NCBI GenBank assembly: GCA_051294375.1
Contig: CM119271.1
Span: forward strand, 8,980,120-9,044,119
Reading direction: 5' to 3'
Origin: Paraspadella gotoi
Lineage: Eukaryota > Animalia > Chaetognatha
DNA: 64,000 nt
In this document: one piece after another, positions 49,305 through 63,114 of the stretch
Numbering within the stretch: position 1 is the first letter of the stretch
Layout of the letters: each line of letters starts with the position of its first letter
Position numbers and translations under genes: made by a program
Notes under the pieces: generated by a model
The model's database searches: none
What the model was told of the DNA's origin: nothing
Seen by the model: only the letters and a program-made list of their open reading frames with translations

Positions 49305-50179
49305 ATTCTGACGCTCTCACCGCCCTCGCGTTGACGCTGGAAAGAAAACTATTTTGCACGTTTCTCGGTTTTTGTGATACGGAGTTCGTAGACTGCGTAC
49401 ACTCTTAGCGGAACTATCGGACGGCCTGTGGTTGAAAAAGGAACAGAAAGATTCGCCTTTTTCTTCTTTCTCAACTAAAACGAATGGACGAATGAATTTC
49501 ATACGTTAATGAATAACGATGGTCGTTAAGACGAATTATTATTAATTCAAACGTTAATGTGTAGATTATCTATATCCAGTTTAAATTTTTTTTTTCTCTT
49601 TCCATTTTTCGAATCGGAGAAAACGCCTCGAGTGAAAATCCGAAATCTTAGTTATTTTTTTTCTCCCCCAGCTCAAATTTTTTTTTTCTGTGTTAAATGT
49701 AATTTAATTTCTGCTGAGGAGATTAAAGTGACAGTTTTAATTTGAACCTCAGCAATTTTTTTTTGATGAATTTTTAACATATTTTTCCGCTGAAAAACAA
49801 ACCAGTTATTATGATCTGCGTAAGTATCAAAGTTCGAGATAGATTACTTTCACAAGCTCTTGTTTTCGTTGTTATATTCGAACCTTTCAAATTGAATGTA
49901 AAATTTGTCAACCGAAAAAAAAGTAGTTTCCTGTTTGTTCCCGAATCCAGTGAAATCTATTGTTAAAATTAAATAAAAACGCGCCGATTTGCAATTCACT
50001 AACTTTTACTTCCTCTACATCATCGTTCTCAAAGGACTAAGACATTCTACTTTCGCTGTTGCAATTATCTTTTATGCATTGCCCACTAAATTTGGTTTTT
50101 GTATATTTTCTAGTAGCGATTCTTATTAACCTGATTATAATTTCAGAGCTAGTCATTTGTTGACACCAACTGCAACAGG

Positions 50180-52025
50180 ATGGCCAGCTTCCTTTCTCTT
50201 GTTTCTACTCGTGGTAAGTTAGCTCAATGTTAATGATAACTAAAAAAAACTTAAACTCTTTTTTATCTTATTATTCTTCTACTTAGGTTTTTGCACGACG
50301 ATTCGAACGTCGGCTTCCATTAATCACGTGACGGTCATTGGCGCCGGCCTCATGGGTTCCGGTTCGTAACTAAAGACAATCAGAGTCAATAACTTAATTG
50401 AAAGTTTAGAATGAAACAGTTCATAAAACAGTTCATAAAACATTACTTATTTGAAAGGGAAGACAGGTTCTCTGCGGGTTAATCATCTCGTCTCGTCTAA
50501 TCTTGAATTAATTGAATTGAATTGAATTAATTGAATTAATTAATTGAATGATTGCAGGATCCTACTATGTTATTATCTTGAAAGAGAGATGGAGGCCCGC
50601 ATAGCCTGTCCAAAGTCATGGGAAAGATGGCTTAATTACCGAATGAATTTCTTTCATCTTACGCCAGGGATCGTGCAGATCAGCGCTCAGGCCGGCCTCA
50701 ACGTGTCCATGGTGGACACCAACAACGATTTGCTCAAAAAGTCCATGGTCGGTCCCGCGTTTTTCCCCGCTCCCCGCCCCCACCTCCTCATTTGTTATCG
50801 TCATTCTGACGTCTCGCTTCTCCTCAGGACCGCATCGCCAAGAGTCTGGCCCGCGTCGCTAAAAAGAAGTTCGGCGACAACGACAAGGCGCAGTTCGACG
50901 AGTTCATCGCCAAGACGTCTTCGAGGATCGAGGCGTCGACGGACGCCGTCGCCGCCGCCAAGAAGACTGACGTCGTCGTCGAGGCCATCGTCGAGAACCT
51001 CGAGGTCAAGCGGAAACTCTTCAAGGCCCTCGACGCCGCCGCGCCGGAGAAAACCATCTTCACTTCCAACACGTCCTCCCTCTCCATCGGGGAGATCGCT
51101 CAAGGTTAGCGGGAGAGGCTTATTTTTTATCATTTAGGGCGGAACTTAATGGAGAAAGGCTTCATAAACTTTTATGAATTTATGAACTTTCTAATGATAA
51201 CGTTGACGTTTAGTCATTAGTCAAATAACGAGGGTAAATATAAAGTTGCAAAGTATTTGGTTGACAAGTTTATTAATGACGGACAATGATTAAGGTGATG
51301 ACAAAGGTTACGACAAAGGTGATGACAATATTAAACTGTTCAATAATTTTTTGAAGAAGGGTTCTTTCTTGAGTTTGGCTGTTAAGGTGAATGCCTTTAC
51401 AAAATGATCAATTTAATTTATAAAAGTCATAATTGTTTTCCAACTTCGTAATTCAATGACGCCTATCTTTGCGCAAATGTTTGATCAGCGACGAATCGAA
51501 AGACCGATTCGGCGGGTACCACTTCTTCAATCCCGTCCCGTGATGAAACTGCTCGAAGTCATCCGCATTCCGGAGACCAGCGACGAAACCTTCAACACCT
51601 TGCTCGCACTCGGCAAGCAGCTGGGAAAATCCACCGTCAAATGCAAGGACACTCCCGGCTTCATCGTCAACCGTTTGCTGGTGAGGAATACAGTGGCTGA
51701 CCCGCTTTGATTGATTGATTGAATGATTCATTGACTGTTGCGATAGGTGCCCTACATGGCGGAGGCGGTGCGCATGTTGGAACGCGGCGACGCTTCTTCG
51801 AAGGACATCGACTTGGCGATGAAGCTCGGCGCGGGTTATCCGATGGGGCCTTTCGAGCTGGCCGACTACGTCGGCCTTGATACTACCAAGTTCATCATGG
51901 AGGGATGGCATGAAAAGTACCCTAACGAGCCCCTCTTCAAGCCCGTCAAACTCATCGAAGATCTCGTCCAGCAGGGAAAACTGGGTGTTAAATCTGGCCA
52001 GGGATTTTACAATTACGACAAATAG
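50180..52025 (+). CDS. HADH: Mitochondrial short-chain 3-hydroxyacyl-CoA dehydrogenase, multi-exon
   Basis: [101 protein letters not shown]. Single-base indels near 51500-51540. Confidence 0.96.
50552..50637 (+). repeat. Short dispersed intronic repeat family, copy 3
   Basis: Matches blocks at 26474 and 44071. Confidence 0.7.
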
Positions 52026-52723
52026 ACTGGCGGCTGATATTATTTTTTTTTATCTATTCGGCGATCATAATTTTAATATTTGGTCTTGTGATTAAATGAT
52101 TACACTTCCTGATTGGCTGGGTCATTCGAGTATTCTTTTTTGACCCCTGCGGCATTACCTTGGTTACACGTTGCCTTTATCTTTAAAAATCGTTTTTTCC
52201 CCTCCCTTTTTTTCAGAAAGCCTTGGGGGGAATAGGGCGGGTACCTCTCCTAAGGCTTTTTTTCCCTTGGAATCTGCGATATTCTCACCATCATATCATC
52301 GTGTTATGTTACACATCCCAAAATAATACTCGGGGGGGCCTTTTTATGTGACCCCCTCCTGGCAAAAAAATATAAATGAATTGAATATTGAATATTTTAC
52401 CGTCGTCCCCGTCGAAAGAAAAAAAAACCCACACGATCCGATAACCTCCCGATGAAATCATTCGAAGACGCCGCCGCCCGCTTCTGCAGCGGAGACTTCG
52501 AAGGGATCTCGTCGTTCGAAGATTTTGACCCATTTCCCAACTGAGAACAAAACTATAACGAACGAAACAAAAAACAAAACAAAACAAAAAAAAAAAAAAA
52601 CTAAAAAAAAACCCCAAATCAAAAAAGGGGGGGAAAAAGGCGTTTACGCCTAATAAGATCCCACCTCAAAAAAGGAACAACAAATTAATAGTAATAAATC
52701 AAAACAAAGGACTCTGTTTAATC

Positions 52724-54854
52724 ATGTCTTATTATGCTGGATGCGGGATTTTGCAGCCGATTAGCGACGCTATCGGCTTGCCCGTCGATCAAATCAATTT
52801 TGTTGGTGAGTAGGTCATAAAATTTTACGTAGTGAAGACGTAGAGTACGCGATCGCTAAGATATCACGAAAAACTTTATCTTTCTGTTCTCCGCCTCCAT
52901 CCTCAGCCTGCCACGTGGTCTCTCTTCTCCTCGCCATACCTTTCCGAGTCTTCCTTCCCCCGACCGTCTCCAATGCCCCCCGACGTCACGTCTTCGAGTT
53001 CCTTGTCGGCCTCTCGATGGCGCTCTTCTGCTTCGGCCACACCGTGCTTCACCTGCTCGTCCTCTCGCTCGTCAGCTACGCGGCGATCGTTCGCGACTGG
53101 ACGCCGGCGCCTTCACTCCTCAAGCCGCACGTCGTCGTCTTCGTCTTCTCCATGGCTTATCTTTGCCTCAACCACGTCTATCGCCAAATCTACGACTACG
53201 GAAGTTACACCCTCGATGTCACCGGGCCCATGATGCTCATGGTGCTTAAGATTTCGGGTAAGGAATTAGAATAGTGGTTTTTCGACGTTGTGGGGGATTC
53301 TCATATCGGTCCGCCGCGCCACGATCTACCGCGAACAAAAGGGCATTTTCGTGGCGAGGCGGACCGATAAAGAATCATAAAGGTATTAAAGATTTTACTA
53401 CTACTACATCTTTCATATTGTTGCCGACATTTAAAAGGTTTGGCCTTCAGCTTCAACGACAGTCGTCGTCCTCGCTCTGAATTGAGCGCAGACCAATTAA
53501 ACCAGATGGTCGTTGAGAAGCCCTCCTATCTAGAGTTTTTGAGGTGAGATGATGCTCGTATTTCTTTTAGAAATAGACGCCCCGTTTCTTTGAGGCCTCA
53601 TTTTTACTTTACTTTTAAAAATAGTTACATGTTCTACTTCCACGGGATGATGTGCGGACCTCCTTGCACTTACGCCGATTACAAGCGCTTCATCGAGGGC
53701 GAAAACTTTTCCGGAGGCTTGGAATGTGTCCCGAGCCCGCTGAGGCCCTTTCTCAAGAAGCTCGCCAACTCTTTGATCTGCGCGGTGGTGATGCTTACCG
53801 TCGCTACCCGATTCGACCCGCATCTCGTCGTCGACCCCGATTGGATCGTCCAGACGTCCGCGCCGAAGAGGGCGCTCATGGCCATCGTGCATCTTGGTAG
53901 GGGGGGTGGGGGTTGAATTCGGGGAGTATTTTTATTTGCATCCGTGTCTTGTAATAACTTTCTGTGTCCTCCCTCAGGCTTGGTCCGCGCTCGCTATTAT
54001 TTCGCTTATTACTTTTCGGAGGCCATCAACAATCTGGCCGGACTTGGTTACGTCGAGTCCTCCGACGGCTCTACCTCTTGGGATCTCGTCAAAAACGTGG
54101 ACGTGACGAAAGTGGAACTCTCACTCAGCCTCAAGGAGACCGTGGAATCGTGGAATAAGACGTCGACGGTCTGGTTGCGACGCTGCGTGTACGACCGCCT
54201 TCCGCCCTCTTACAACCTTCCCGTTACGTACGCCGTGTCCGCTCTCTGGCACGGATTCTATCCGGGCTACTACTTTACCTTCGGCACGGCTGCGCTCTTC
54301 GTCGCCGCATCGAGAAAGGTGAGGGAAAAGTAGTCATTTTTAAAAATACTCGTATTCGTTGTTAATGTCATTTCATTAACTGTGTGTAGTCAAACCGCTG
54401 TTGATAGCTTCGCCTCCTTCTCCCCCCCCCCACCCTCACACAGGTGAGGCGCAACGTCCGTCCTCATTTCCAAGGATCGCCCCTGATGTCCAAAATATAC
54501 GACGTGATCACTTTCCTGGCCACCCGACTAGTCACTCCCTACTGTTTCGGCCCCTTCGTCCTTTTGAACGTCCGCGACACTCTGCGCTTATACCAGTCGA
54601 TGTATTATCTCTTTCACTTGGGTAATCATAATTTGTCACGTCAATATATATATATATTTTTTTTCCGCGTCCTTATTTTTAAATTGCTCCCAATTTTCGT
54701 TCCTACTTCAGCCGCGCTGTTGATCGTTCTGCTGCTGCCGAAAGGCCGATCCTCCGGATCTCCGTCGACGAAGTCCTCGACCTCCGCCAACTCGACGGCG
54801 GCGAACGGGAATTCGAGATTAGAAAATTCGCTTGAAGAGATGAAGACTCGTTGA
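52724..54854 (+). CDS. MBOAT2: Membrane-bound O-acyltransferase (MBOAT1/2, oysgedart-like lysophospholipid acyltransferase), multi-exon
   Basis: LQPISDAIGLPVDQINFV, YDYGSYTLDVTGPMM, GPPC.Y.DY..FIEG, YYFAY..SEAINN.AGLG, WNKT...WLRR.VYDR, SALWHGFYPGYY (catalytic His). Confidence 0.93.
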
Positions 54855-56234
54855 TCGCGTCGGCTTTTTGGGGTCAATGGCCAGTACGGGAAATCCTGGA
54901 TGGTCGCTTTGAGTTGTAAAAAAAAAAACATTTGCATTTTGCTGCAACTGGGTTTTTGTGAGAAAAAAAAAAGCATTTTCTTTGGCCAAACGGTTTTTTT
55001 GATATACCTTCGAAAATTAGTCCGGTTAGTGTTTGACATGACATCACGCCCCTACATGACTTATGGTACATTATGACTATTTTTGTTCACTTCACCACTT
55101 TGCAATGAAAAATGCTCGGCTGTTGTTACGAGACAAAAAGAATATGGTTGATCTGAAGAGTGTTTTCCCCCCCCCGTTTTGTTATCGATTCGTTATGACA
55201 CCTGTAGTACAGCCTTTTTTTTGAGGGGGGGGACGAAAAGCTGATTGGAATTATTTTTGACACTTAAGTGTTGCTAACCTCACCAAAAAATCTTTTTTGT
55301 CTAAGAAAGCTCTCATGACCGCGTTCACGAAATACATGTCTTCGTCTTTGTATTTATCATTCACTAAATTATCTCTCTTTTTTTTTACAAACTGATTCGG
55401 TGTGGTTTGCGTGTGCTATTTTTTTTTTCTCTTTTACCTGTACGTTTCTCAATTCATACGTTCGCATATTCGATCACTGTTTATGAGGGGAGTTGGGGGG
55501 GCGGAGAGAAGGAATTACCAGATTTGTATTTTTGATTCACTCAAATATTTGTTTTAAATGGTAATGGAGGGAGAGAGGGAGAATTTCGGAATTTGTCGCC
55601 TCCAAATGAACTAACTTCGGGATTTTTTGTCCGACTATGCACGTAGTTTCTGCTTTATGTTCAATGGGGGAAGGTTGAACTTGGTGCTTGCCATTACCAA
55701 AATGTACCTGCTTGTAAAACTTTTTCAGGTTTAGTCGTATTGCATATGGCGATTGGTATTTTTTTTATTTTAAAAATAATTTTTTGCAAAGAAAATATTA
55801 CTTTTTCGATAAATAATTAACCCTCGCCTTCTTTCGACAATCTTCAGTGTGTGATTGCAGATACTTTTTTTTTATTATGGTTTTTTGACGTTTATTATCG
55901 ACACTCATAAAATTTGCCTTTCGAGTTATGATCAAGGTTTTTCTTCCAGCGTAATCATGTTTTGATCCTTTTTATTAATATCTTTTTTCACCTTTAGGTT
56001 TTTTCTTAAATTTATTTTGAATGAAAGAGACTTCGTGTTCCTAGTAGCTGGGAGAAAACTAATCGTCGAGAAGTTAAGACAAAAAAAAATCGAAAAACTA
56101 AACTAACAAAACAAACGAGTATTATTCAAATACATAAAATCGGGCGATTTAAACCTACCTTTCCAGTTTCCACCTAAAACGAATGCGAGATACAGATACG
56201 GTGGTTTGGGGCGGATGACGTGGGTCTAAAAACT

Positions 56235-57431
56235 ATGGCGTCCGAGATATCCGGAAAACGACGCCAGCTAAAGTTGTCTAAAAAACCGGGCGTCCGTAGT
56301 CAGAATTACAAGGCCGTGATCGATGATATTACGGACGACGACACGGACGATTTTGATTTCAATGAGCCAGAGGAGGAAGAAGAGCACGAGGGCGAAGAAG
56401 ATGAAAATTCCGGCAGTCAGGTCATCCATGATTCTTTCCCCGGATTAGATTTGGCTTTAAAACGGCATACTGGCATAACCATTAACCGTATCTGCTATCG
56501 AAATCCCTGTTCGGAAATTCTTCCGTAAACGAGGAAGGGAAATTTGAAAGAAAAGCGCGAGAATGTCGGGGAACTTGCGCGGTTGACCCCGAATCCCTGC
56601 TTTTCAGAGCTTGGGTTGGGACGTCTTTACCAGCGCTGCCGCTGACGTCGCTTTTCGAAACATCGTGGACCGAGCGCTGACGGACGAGCAGCTCATCGGC
56701 CTCTTCGAGAATCTCAAGGTGAGCTCCGTCGAAGTTGACGCGCCGATTGGCGATCATCACTGAAGGCGCGTTGCAGGAGAGACCTCCTCGGGAGTCGAAC
56801 ACCAAGTTAAACCCCCAAGTGGAAAATTTGCGGCTATTTCGGTCCCTGGACCAGCAAGCCATTCAGGCCAAAAGCGGGTTAGTTTTTTGTTTTTTTTCTG
56901 TTCTTTTTATAAAAGTATTCGAGTGAAAAGGAGATTTGTAACTTTCTTTTTCGCTCAGAGCCTATTTCAAGGTTCTTACAGAGTTCGCCACTTTGGTCCC
57001 CGAGAGGCAAAAGGTGCTCAAGACCGAGGAGGAGTTAGATTTCGAATATAGGTGAGAGAGGGACAGAGAGTGAGACTCGGAGACACTGACAAAAGGATGG
57101 ACGGTCAGAGAGTCAAACAGGGACAGAGAGACTCCTAGTTAGAGCGGACACATACGTGAGACAAACTGACAAAGAGACAGACAATGAGGCAGTGAGTGGA
57201 GACAGAGTGACCGAAAAATGTATTGGATGACTTCAAACTGCTGGCCAAACTCACTCTCGGCGCTCCAGGGAGAAGGAGCGGGAGGATGAGGTGTGGAAGA
57301 CTCGATTCAAGGATGAAGAGAAAACCGTCGTCAAGAAAAAGATGCCGACCGTCATCATCGTCTTCATCGGCGTCGCTTGCGGCATTGCTCTTATTCTCAT
57401 CATCTCCTTGGCCGCCTACTTTGCCGGATGA
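56235..57431 (+). CDS. Unknown acidic protein with a C-terminal transmembrane anchor (5 predicted exons)
   Basis: GT-AG-joined exons at about 56235-56420, 56608-56718, 56777-56877, 56960-57051 and 57270-57431 appear to keep frame. The protein ends KKKMPTVIIVFIGVACGIALILIISLAAYFAG*. Family not recognised. Confidence 0.65.
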
Positions 57432-57762
57432 GACCAGTTGGTTTTTTTTCTGTTTTTTATTATTTATTTTTGTAACATTTCGTTTTTTTTTTTGCTCTTT
57501 TCGTCACGATACTGAATTTTTTTTTTCAAAATCTCATAATTTTTCTTTTTAAATCTCGAAATAGGACTTGATTTACATGGAGATTAAAAACTCGGATGTG
57601 CCATGAATTTTTCCATGACATTCAAACAAAAATAATTGTCACAATATTATTGGTTATTGAATAAAAAAGAACAAAAAATAGAACAAACACACAAAATGTC
57701 GGAATCTGTGAAATACTCTCGGAAAAAATCTCGTCCCCCTCGTAACCTTGGCTCGTGACGCG

Positions 57763-60700
57763 ATGGACGACTGCGAACGAGACTCCGGGATCGAGATGAT
57801 GGGCGCGGGGTTCGGCGATCGGGTCGCCGCGTCGTCGCCCGCCGCTGACCCGATCAAAGCCGACGCAGACGGAAGCTCCGGCGAACCGGGACTCTCCTCC
57901 GGTCCGTCGTCCGATGTCAGGGGCTCGGAGCCGCCCGCCCCGCGATCGCCGGGCCGCCGCGGCAGCGCGGATCGTCGTCGAGTCGAACGCGACTCCGGCT
58001 GCGTGGATCCTCCAGTCGCGACGGAAGACGAAGACGTCGTCTTCGTCCGCGTCTTCATTCACGACCAAAATCTTCAGCGGTGCCACAAGTTCCGTCTCGA
58101 CGAGACGGTCTTCGCCGCCAAACGTCGCGTCCTCTCGACTCTGGCCAAGGACCTCAAGGACGGACTCAACTACGGCTTCTTCCAGCCGCCGCACAATTTT
58201 AAAGCTGGCAAGTTTTTGCAGGAGGATCGCATGCTGCGCGAGTATCCCATGGCGGACAAGCCGATCGGCTATCTAGAGTTCAAGTACAAGCGGCGCGTGT
58301 ACAAGACCAGTCACGTCGACGAGCGTTATCATCGCCAGCTGCACGCCAAGGCCAACCTCAAGCGTTTCCTCGGCTACGTGGCCCAGGGCGTGCTGGAGAA
58401 GGTGACCAAGTTGACGGAGAAGGGACTCGACGCCAACTTTCAAGACGTCGACACTGGAGAGACGCCGTTGACGCTTTGCGCCGGCATCAAGGATCCTCGA
58501 GTCTGCCGCGACATGGTCTTGGCGTTGGTCAACGGCGGCGCTCATTTGGATTTTCGAGCACGGGACGGCGCCACGCCGCTGCACCGAGTGGCAGTGAGGG
58601 GGAATCGGGCGGCGCTTAAAGTGCTGCTGGAGCTGGGGGCTTCGCCGAACTATAAAGACTCGAAGGGACTGTCCCCGGTTCACTACGCCATCGCACCGGA
58701 GGTGACTAACTACAAATAAATTTTTTTTAGTTATTTTCCTAACTAAATCCACATCCATTTCCCTTCAGATCCACCCCGACTGCTTGGGGCTCTTGCTCCA
58801 CGACCACGCCCACGTTGGCTCTCCCGACCTCCAGGGCTGGTTCGAGATCCACGTGGCGTGCCGCTTCGGCTTGGCGCGCCACCTAGAGCTGCTCCTCCTT
58901 TACGGCGCCGACATGAACTCTAGGAACGACTCCGGCAACACTTGCCTCCACATCTGCGCGCTGAACAATCAAGAGGCCTGCGCCAAGCTTTTGCTGCTGA
59001 GAGGAGCCGACAAAAACTCGCAGGTAGCTAAGGGCGAGTTTTCGTCGCCCAATGAATGATCAATGGGGAGCGAAGTCACTAGTTCCATTTCTCGACCAGA
59101 ACTACGCCAATCACACTCCATTCCAAGTTGCCATCATCTCCGGAAACGACGCGTTGGCTGAGATCATCAAGAATCACCGCAGCGACGACGTCCTTCCCTT
59201 CGGCGTCAAACCCAAGTTCAACGAGAAGCGGCGAAGCGAGGCCGACGTCTCGCCGGGTAACTATTTTTTTTTTTTCGATCTTAAAATGATGGGTCATTTC
59301 TCATGATTCCGTATCAATTTTCATATTTTCATATCGGTGAAGTTTTCTTTTTCGTTTCACATTTAAAACCATCCCTCAACCTCCACCCTCTTAGCTTTGG
59401 TTCGTGGCTTATCGCGCACCAACTCGGAATCTCGTCTGGACCGCTTGACCCAGAATCCCCCGGCGCCGCCGAGTCCGAGTCCGAGCCAACACTCCCTGCC
59501 TCCCTTTTCCGGCAGCAACTCTTCCCGGTGTTCCTCGCCAAACATCGCTCACACCTCGAGACTCGTCTCGCCACAGGGTGAAGATGGGGGAAAAATTTTT
59601 ACTTTTAAAAATAGCGTCGCCTTGGTTTGGTTTTGTTTTATTTCATATTATTTAATTGCCAGGAGCTCTTCAAACTCCCTCCAAGGATTCTTCCTCCCAT
59701 TCTCCGCTGAGCAGCTCCAGCAACTCGTCGGGAAAGGGCAGCTCCCTCTGCGGCTCGCCGATCGCCTCCCGCCACATCGCTCGACGCCGCCTCCTCGATC
59801 ACCTCGCCTCCCCTTCCAAATCGCCGCGCAACAACAGCAACAACAAAAATCACACTGCCAACGGTCCACGGGCCAACCACAACAACGCCGCCGCCGCTAC
59901 TGCCACGGTAGGCCTCGGCGGGAGCGGTTCCAAGCCTCCGTTGTCCCCGCCGCTCCACCCTCTTCGCACCGTCCCTCCCCCGCGCACCGGTCCCCCGCCC
60001 CCTCGCACTGCCATTTGCACCAAGTCGTATTCCCCTCGTCGCGCGGGAGAGATTCGCTTGAACCGCGGCGACTTCGTCAAGCTGCTCGTCCTCGAGGAGG
60101 GGACGGGCGTCGCGTCGGGTCAAGTGCTCCGTGCCGACCTGGGCGTCGTCCAGTCGGGCACTTTTCCGGCCGATTGCGTCGAAGAGGTTGTTGTTAGGTT
60201 TTTTGAATTTCGAATGAACGCACACTAGTTTGCATGAGATTGTTTGAGCTTGGTCGTTGTCTCATGTTTTGCTAGGATTTGTTGTTTTTCTTTCTTTAAT
60301 GTCAACCTGGTTGAAAATTGAGCAATCGTTAAAAAGGTTTTCATGCCTAATTTTAGTTCGAATTTATACAATATACATCCAAATTCGATTCTGCACGTAC
60401 GTACATACATTCTACATATAGTCATGATACTCTATCCCGCTACTCCTCTCTACCCCTCAACCTGATTATGATAGAATGTTTATAATTTATTTTTATAAGG
60501 AACTTAAAAATACGTCATAAATATAGTAGTATTACTCAATTTCTTTTACATCTGCATGATTATTTTTCTTATATTTTTGCGTTAATTTAACTCTCAACCG
60601 TTTCTTTCTTGTCAGGTTCACCTCCGCGGTGGAGTCGCCATTTCCGATTCCTCAGCTCCTCCCTCCAAGAGACCCCAACCACGCTTCGAGAAGAAAGAGG

Positions 60701-63114
60701 TCGTCCTCAAAAAGTCTAAGGTCGGCTACGGCTTCATCCTCCGCGGACCCAAATCCCACAGCGGTCGGCTCGAGCATTTCCGGCCGACGGCGGAGATGCC
60801 GGCGCTGCAATACGTGGACGTGGTGGACGACGGCAGCCCCGCCGCCGAGGCCGAGCTCCGTCCCGGCGACTTCATCGTCGCCATCAACTCGGAATCGGTC
60901 GTTAACGCTAGCCACGAGTACGCCGTCAAGCAGATCAAAAAATCAGGCGCCAGCGTCACCATCAAAATTTTGCGTCTTGTCGAAGCGGAAGTCGAAGAGG
61001 CGACCCAGGAAGAGGACGAGGAAGAAACCGACGCTGCCCCTTCGACGATCAAATCCCCGCTAGTCGACGTCGCCGGAGCCATGACGCTTCCCTCGCGCGC
61101 CAGACTCTCTTCTTCGGAAAGTTTGGCCTGGAATGGCGCCAACCCGATCCCGGGAAACGAACGTCAATCGGTATCGATAGAAAGCGGCGCCGCCTCTAAG
61201 TTCGCTTCTATCAAAGGGCGTCACCGTCTCTCGTCGCAGAGGATGAGCGCCGCCGAGTTGGAGGCCATCATCGCTCGACACGGCGTAGCTACGGCCGAGG
61301 TCATCCACAAGAGCGCCTCGAATCAGGCGAAACCAGTCATTCCAGTCCCGCCTTTTCAAGGGACGCCGCCGACGCCCAGGGGAGGCGAGAAGGAGAGAGA
61401 CGTTGACGAGTGCGAAGTCCGCGAGAATTCTTTGCTGGAATCTCGAATCGACGAGGAAGTTGAGGATGGAAAGCATCGTTCCCCCGAAACAGAAAAAACT
61501 GATTTTAGCGAAGAGAAAAATGAAAAATTCTTTCAAGAAACAGCGTCCGTGGGCCAGATCGCTCTTCCCGATCCGGTGGCGCCACCGCCGACAATAAATA
61601 ACGAACAAGAAACCGTCAAATCGCCGTCTTCCAAACCCCAACTTTATCAGGATCCTCGAAACAATCTTCCGCCGAGAAAGTTGCCCGACGCTCGCGATCG
61701 AATTTCGTCAGACCCGCTCAAAGACTCGAAGAATTCGGAAAAGCCGGAGACGTTCGCCGAAGAAAAGGTCGTCGTTACCGTCGCGCCCATCATGGGCGAG
61801 CCGATCCGAAAGACTCAACTCCCTCTAACGCAGCTCGACCAAAACGGCGGAGATGGAGATTCGCCGAAGAAAAAACTCGATCCTCCGATCTACGTTGACG
61901 AGGCGTCCGTGGCGCTGCAGGCGCTCGATCACGCCAAGAAGATGAAGGAGTTCGACGAGCGACTGCGGGGAAAGTTCGCCGCCGCGGGGGCCGATCTTCG
62001 TTGCTTAGACGGCGCCGGTCAGGGCGGCACCTTGCCCGCTAATTTGGTTCGCGGGGCGGGTAAGCTTCCACCGGCCACTCCGACCGGACAGCAACACGTC
62101 GCCTCGCCAGGAATCAAAAATCGCAAGCCGACGGCCATGTCGTCACAAGTCCGCAACGTCTCAGCCTTCGGGACGATGAACGCCGCGCAGAGTCAATTCG
62201 TTCGTCAAGCGCTGACGCAGCAATTGAATCAAAACTCTCGCCTCAATCCTCGCGTTATGTCTCCGCCCGCGCGGTCGAGCTACGCCAAGAAAGAGGCGCT
62301 GGCCGCGCGGACGCAGCGCTCGAGGTCTGTGCCGCGGAAGGGCGCTGCCGTCGCCTGGCAACCGCAGGCTTTACCTCCCAGCGTCGTATCTCAGGAACTC
62401 GCCGCCGGTCAGATTCCGACCAATTTGGTTTACGGCGCTCCGGCGGAGATTTACCAAGCTCGCGCTTTCAACGGCGACGCTGCAGGCCCCGCCGTTTACC
62501 CACCCGTCGGATACGCCGTCGTGTACAATCCGTACGCGTCGCTCGCGCGGCCGACCACGACGAGGTTCGCGAACCCTATGTCCGTCGCCTACGGCACACT
62601 TCCCTCGAAAGTGGCGCAGTGGAGGCGGAATTCGGACGTCGCCTTCCAGACGTCGCCCTATCACGTTCTTTACGATTCCGTCACCGGCGCCTACTACGCT
62701 AGTCAATCCCCGTACGACCCTGCCGCCCCCGAACACGCCGTCGTTCAAATCCCCACCGCCGCCCCTCCCACGCAGTTCGTCAATCCTCAACTCACTTACG
62801 CCGTCGGCCCTTACCCGGGCAAAGAAGCCGACGTCGCCGCGGTCCGCGGGGCTGACGGTCGGATTTTCATTCCGGAGCCCGATTATCCCGGATCCGACGG
62901 GTACGGCAAGTCGGTCATAGGCCCGCTCTTTCCCGAGGGCGGCGGCGGCGAGTGCGGCAGCGGTGACTCTAAGGAGAACAACGGCGGGGTTCATAAAAGT
63001 CAGAAAAAGTCGGTGACGTTCTCGCCCTTCGTCAGCGAGACTTCTTTGGAGACTCCGCCCGAGAGCGATCCGAGAAAGACGGACTTTTGCGAAATCGACT
63101 CGATTCAACTTTAA
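57763..63114 (+). CDS. SHANK: SH3 and multiple ankyrin repeat domains protein (Shank/Prosap)
   Basis: N-terminal SPN domain (LKDGLNYGFFQP...GKFLQEDR.LREYP, LEFKYKRRVYK), ankyrin repeats (GETPLT, GGAHLDFR..DG.TPLH, LLLYGADM..RN.SGNT.LH.CA), SH3-like (KSYSP..AGEI.L..GD.V, GTFPADCVEEV) and PDZ (GYGFILRG, PALQYV..VD). Confidence 0.94.

Noticed and set aside
51490-51545. HADH as a pseudogene because of frameshifts
   Set aside because: Single-base losses in short homopolymers within an otherwise well-conserved gene. The same error type appears elsewhere in the window, so sequencing error is more likely.
57052-57220. GAGACAG-rich intronic tract as a functional element
   Set aside because: Looks like a degenerate purine-rich simple repeat with no defined unit or structure.
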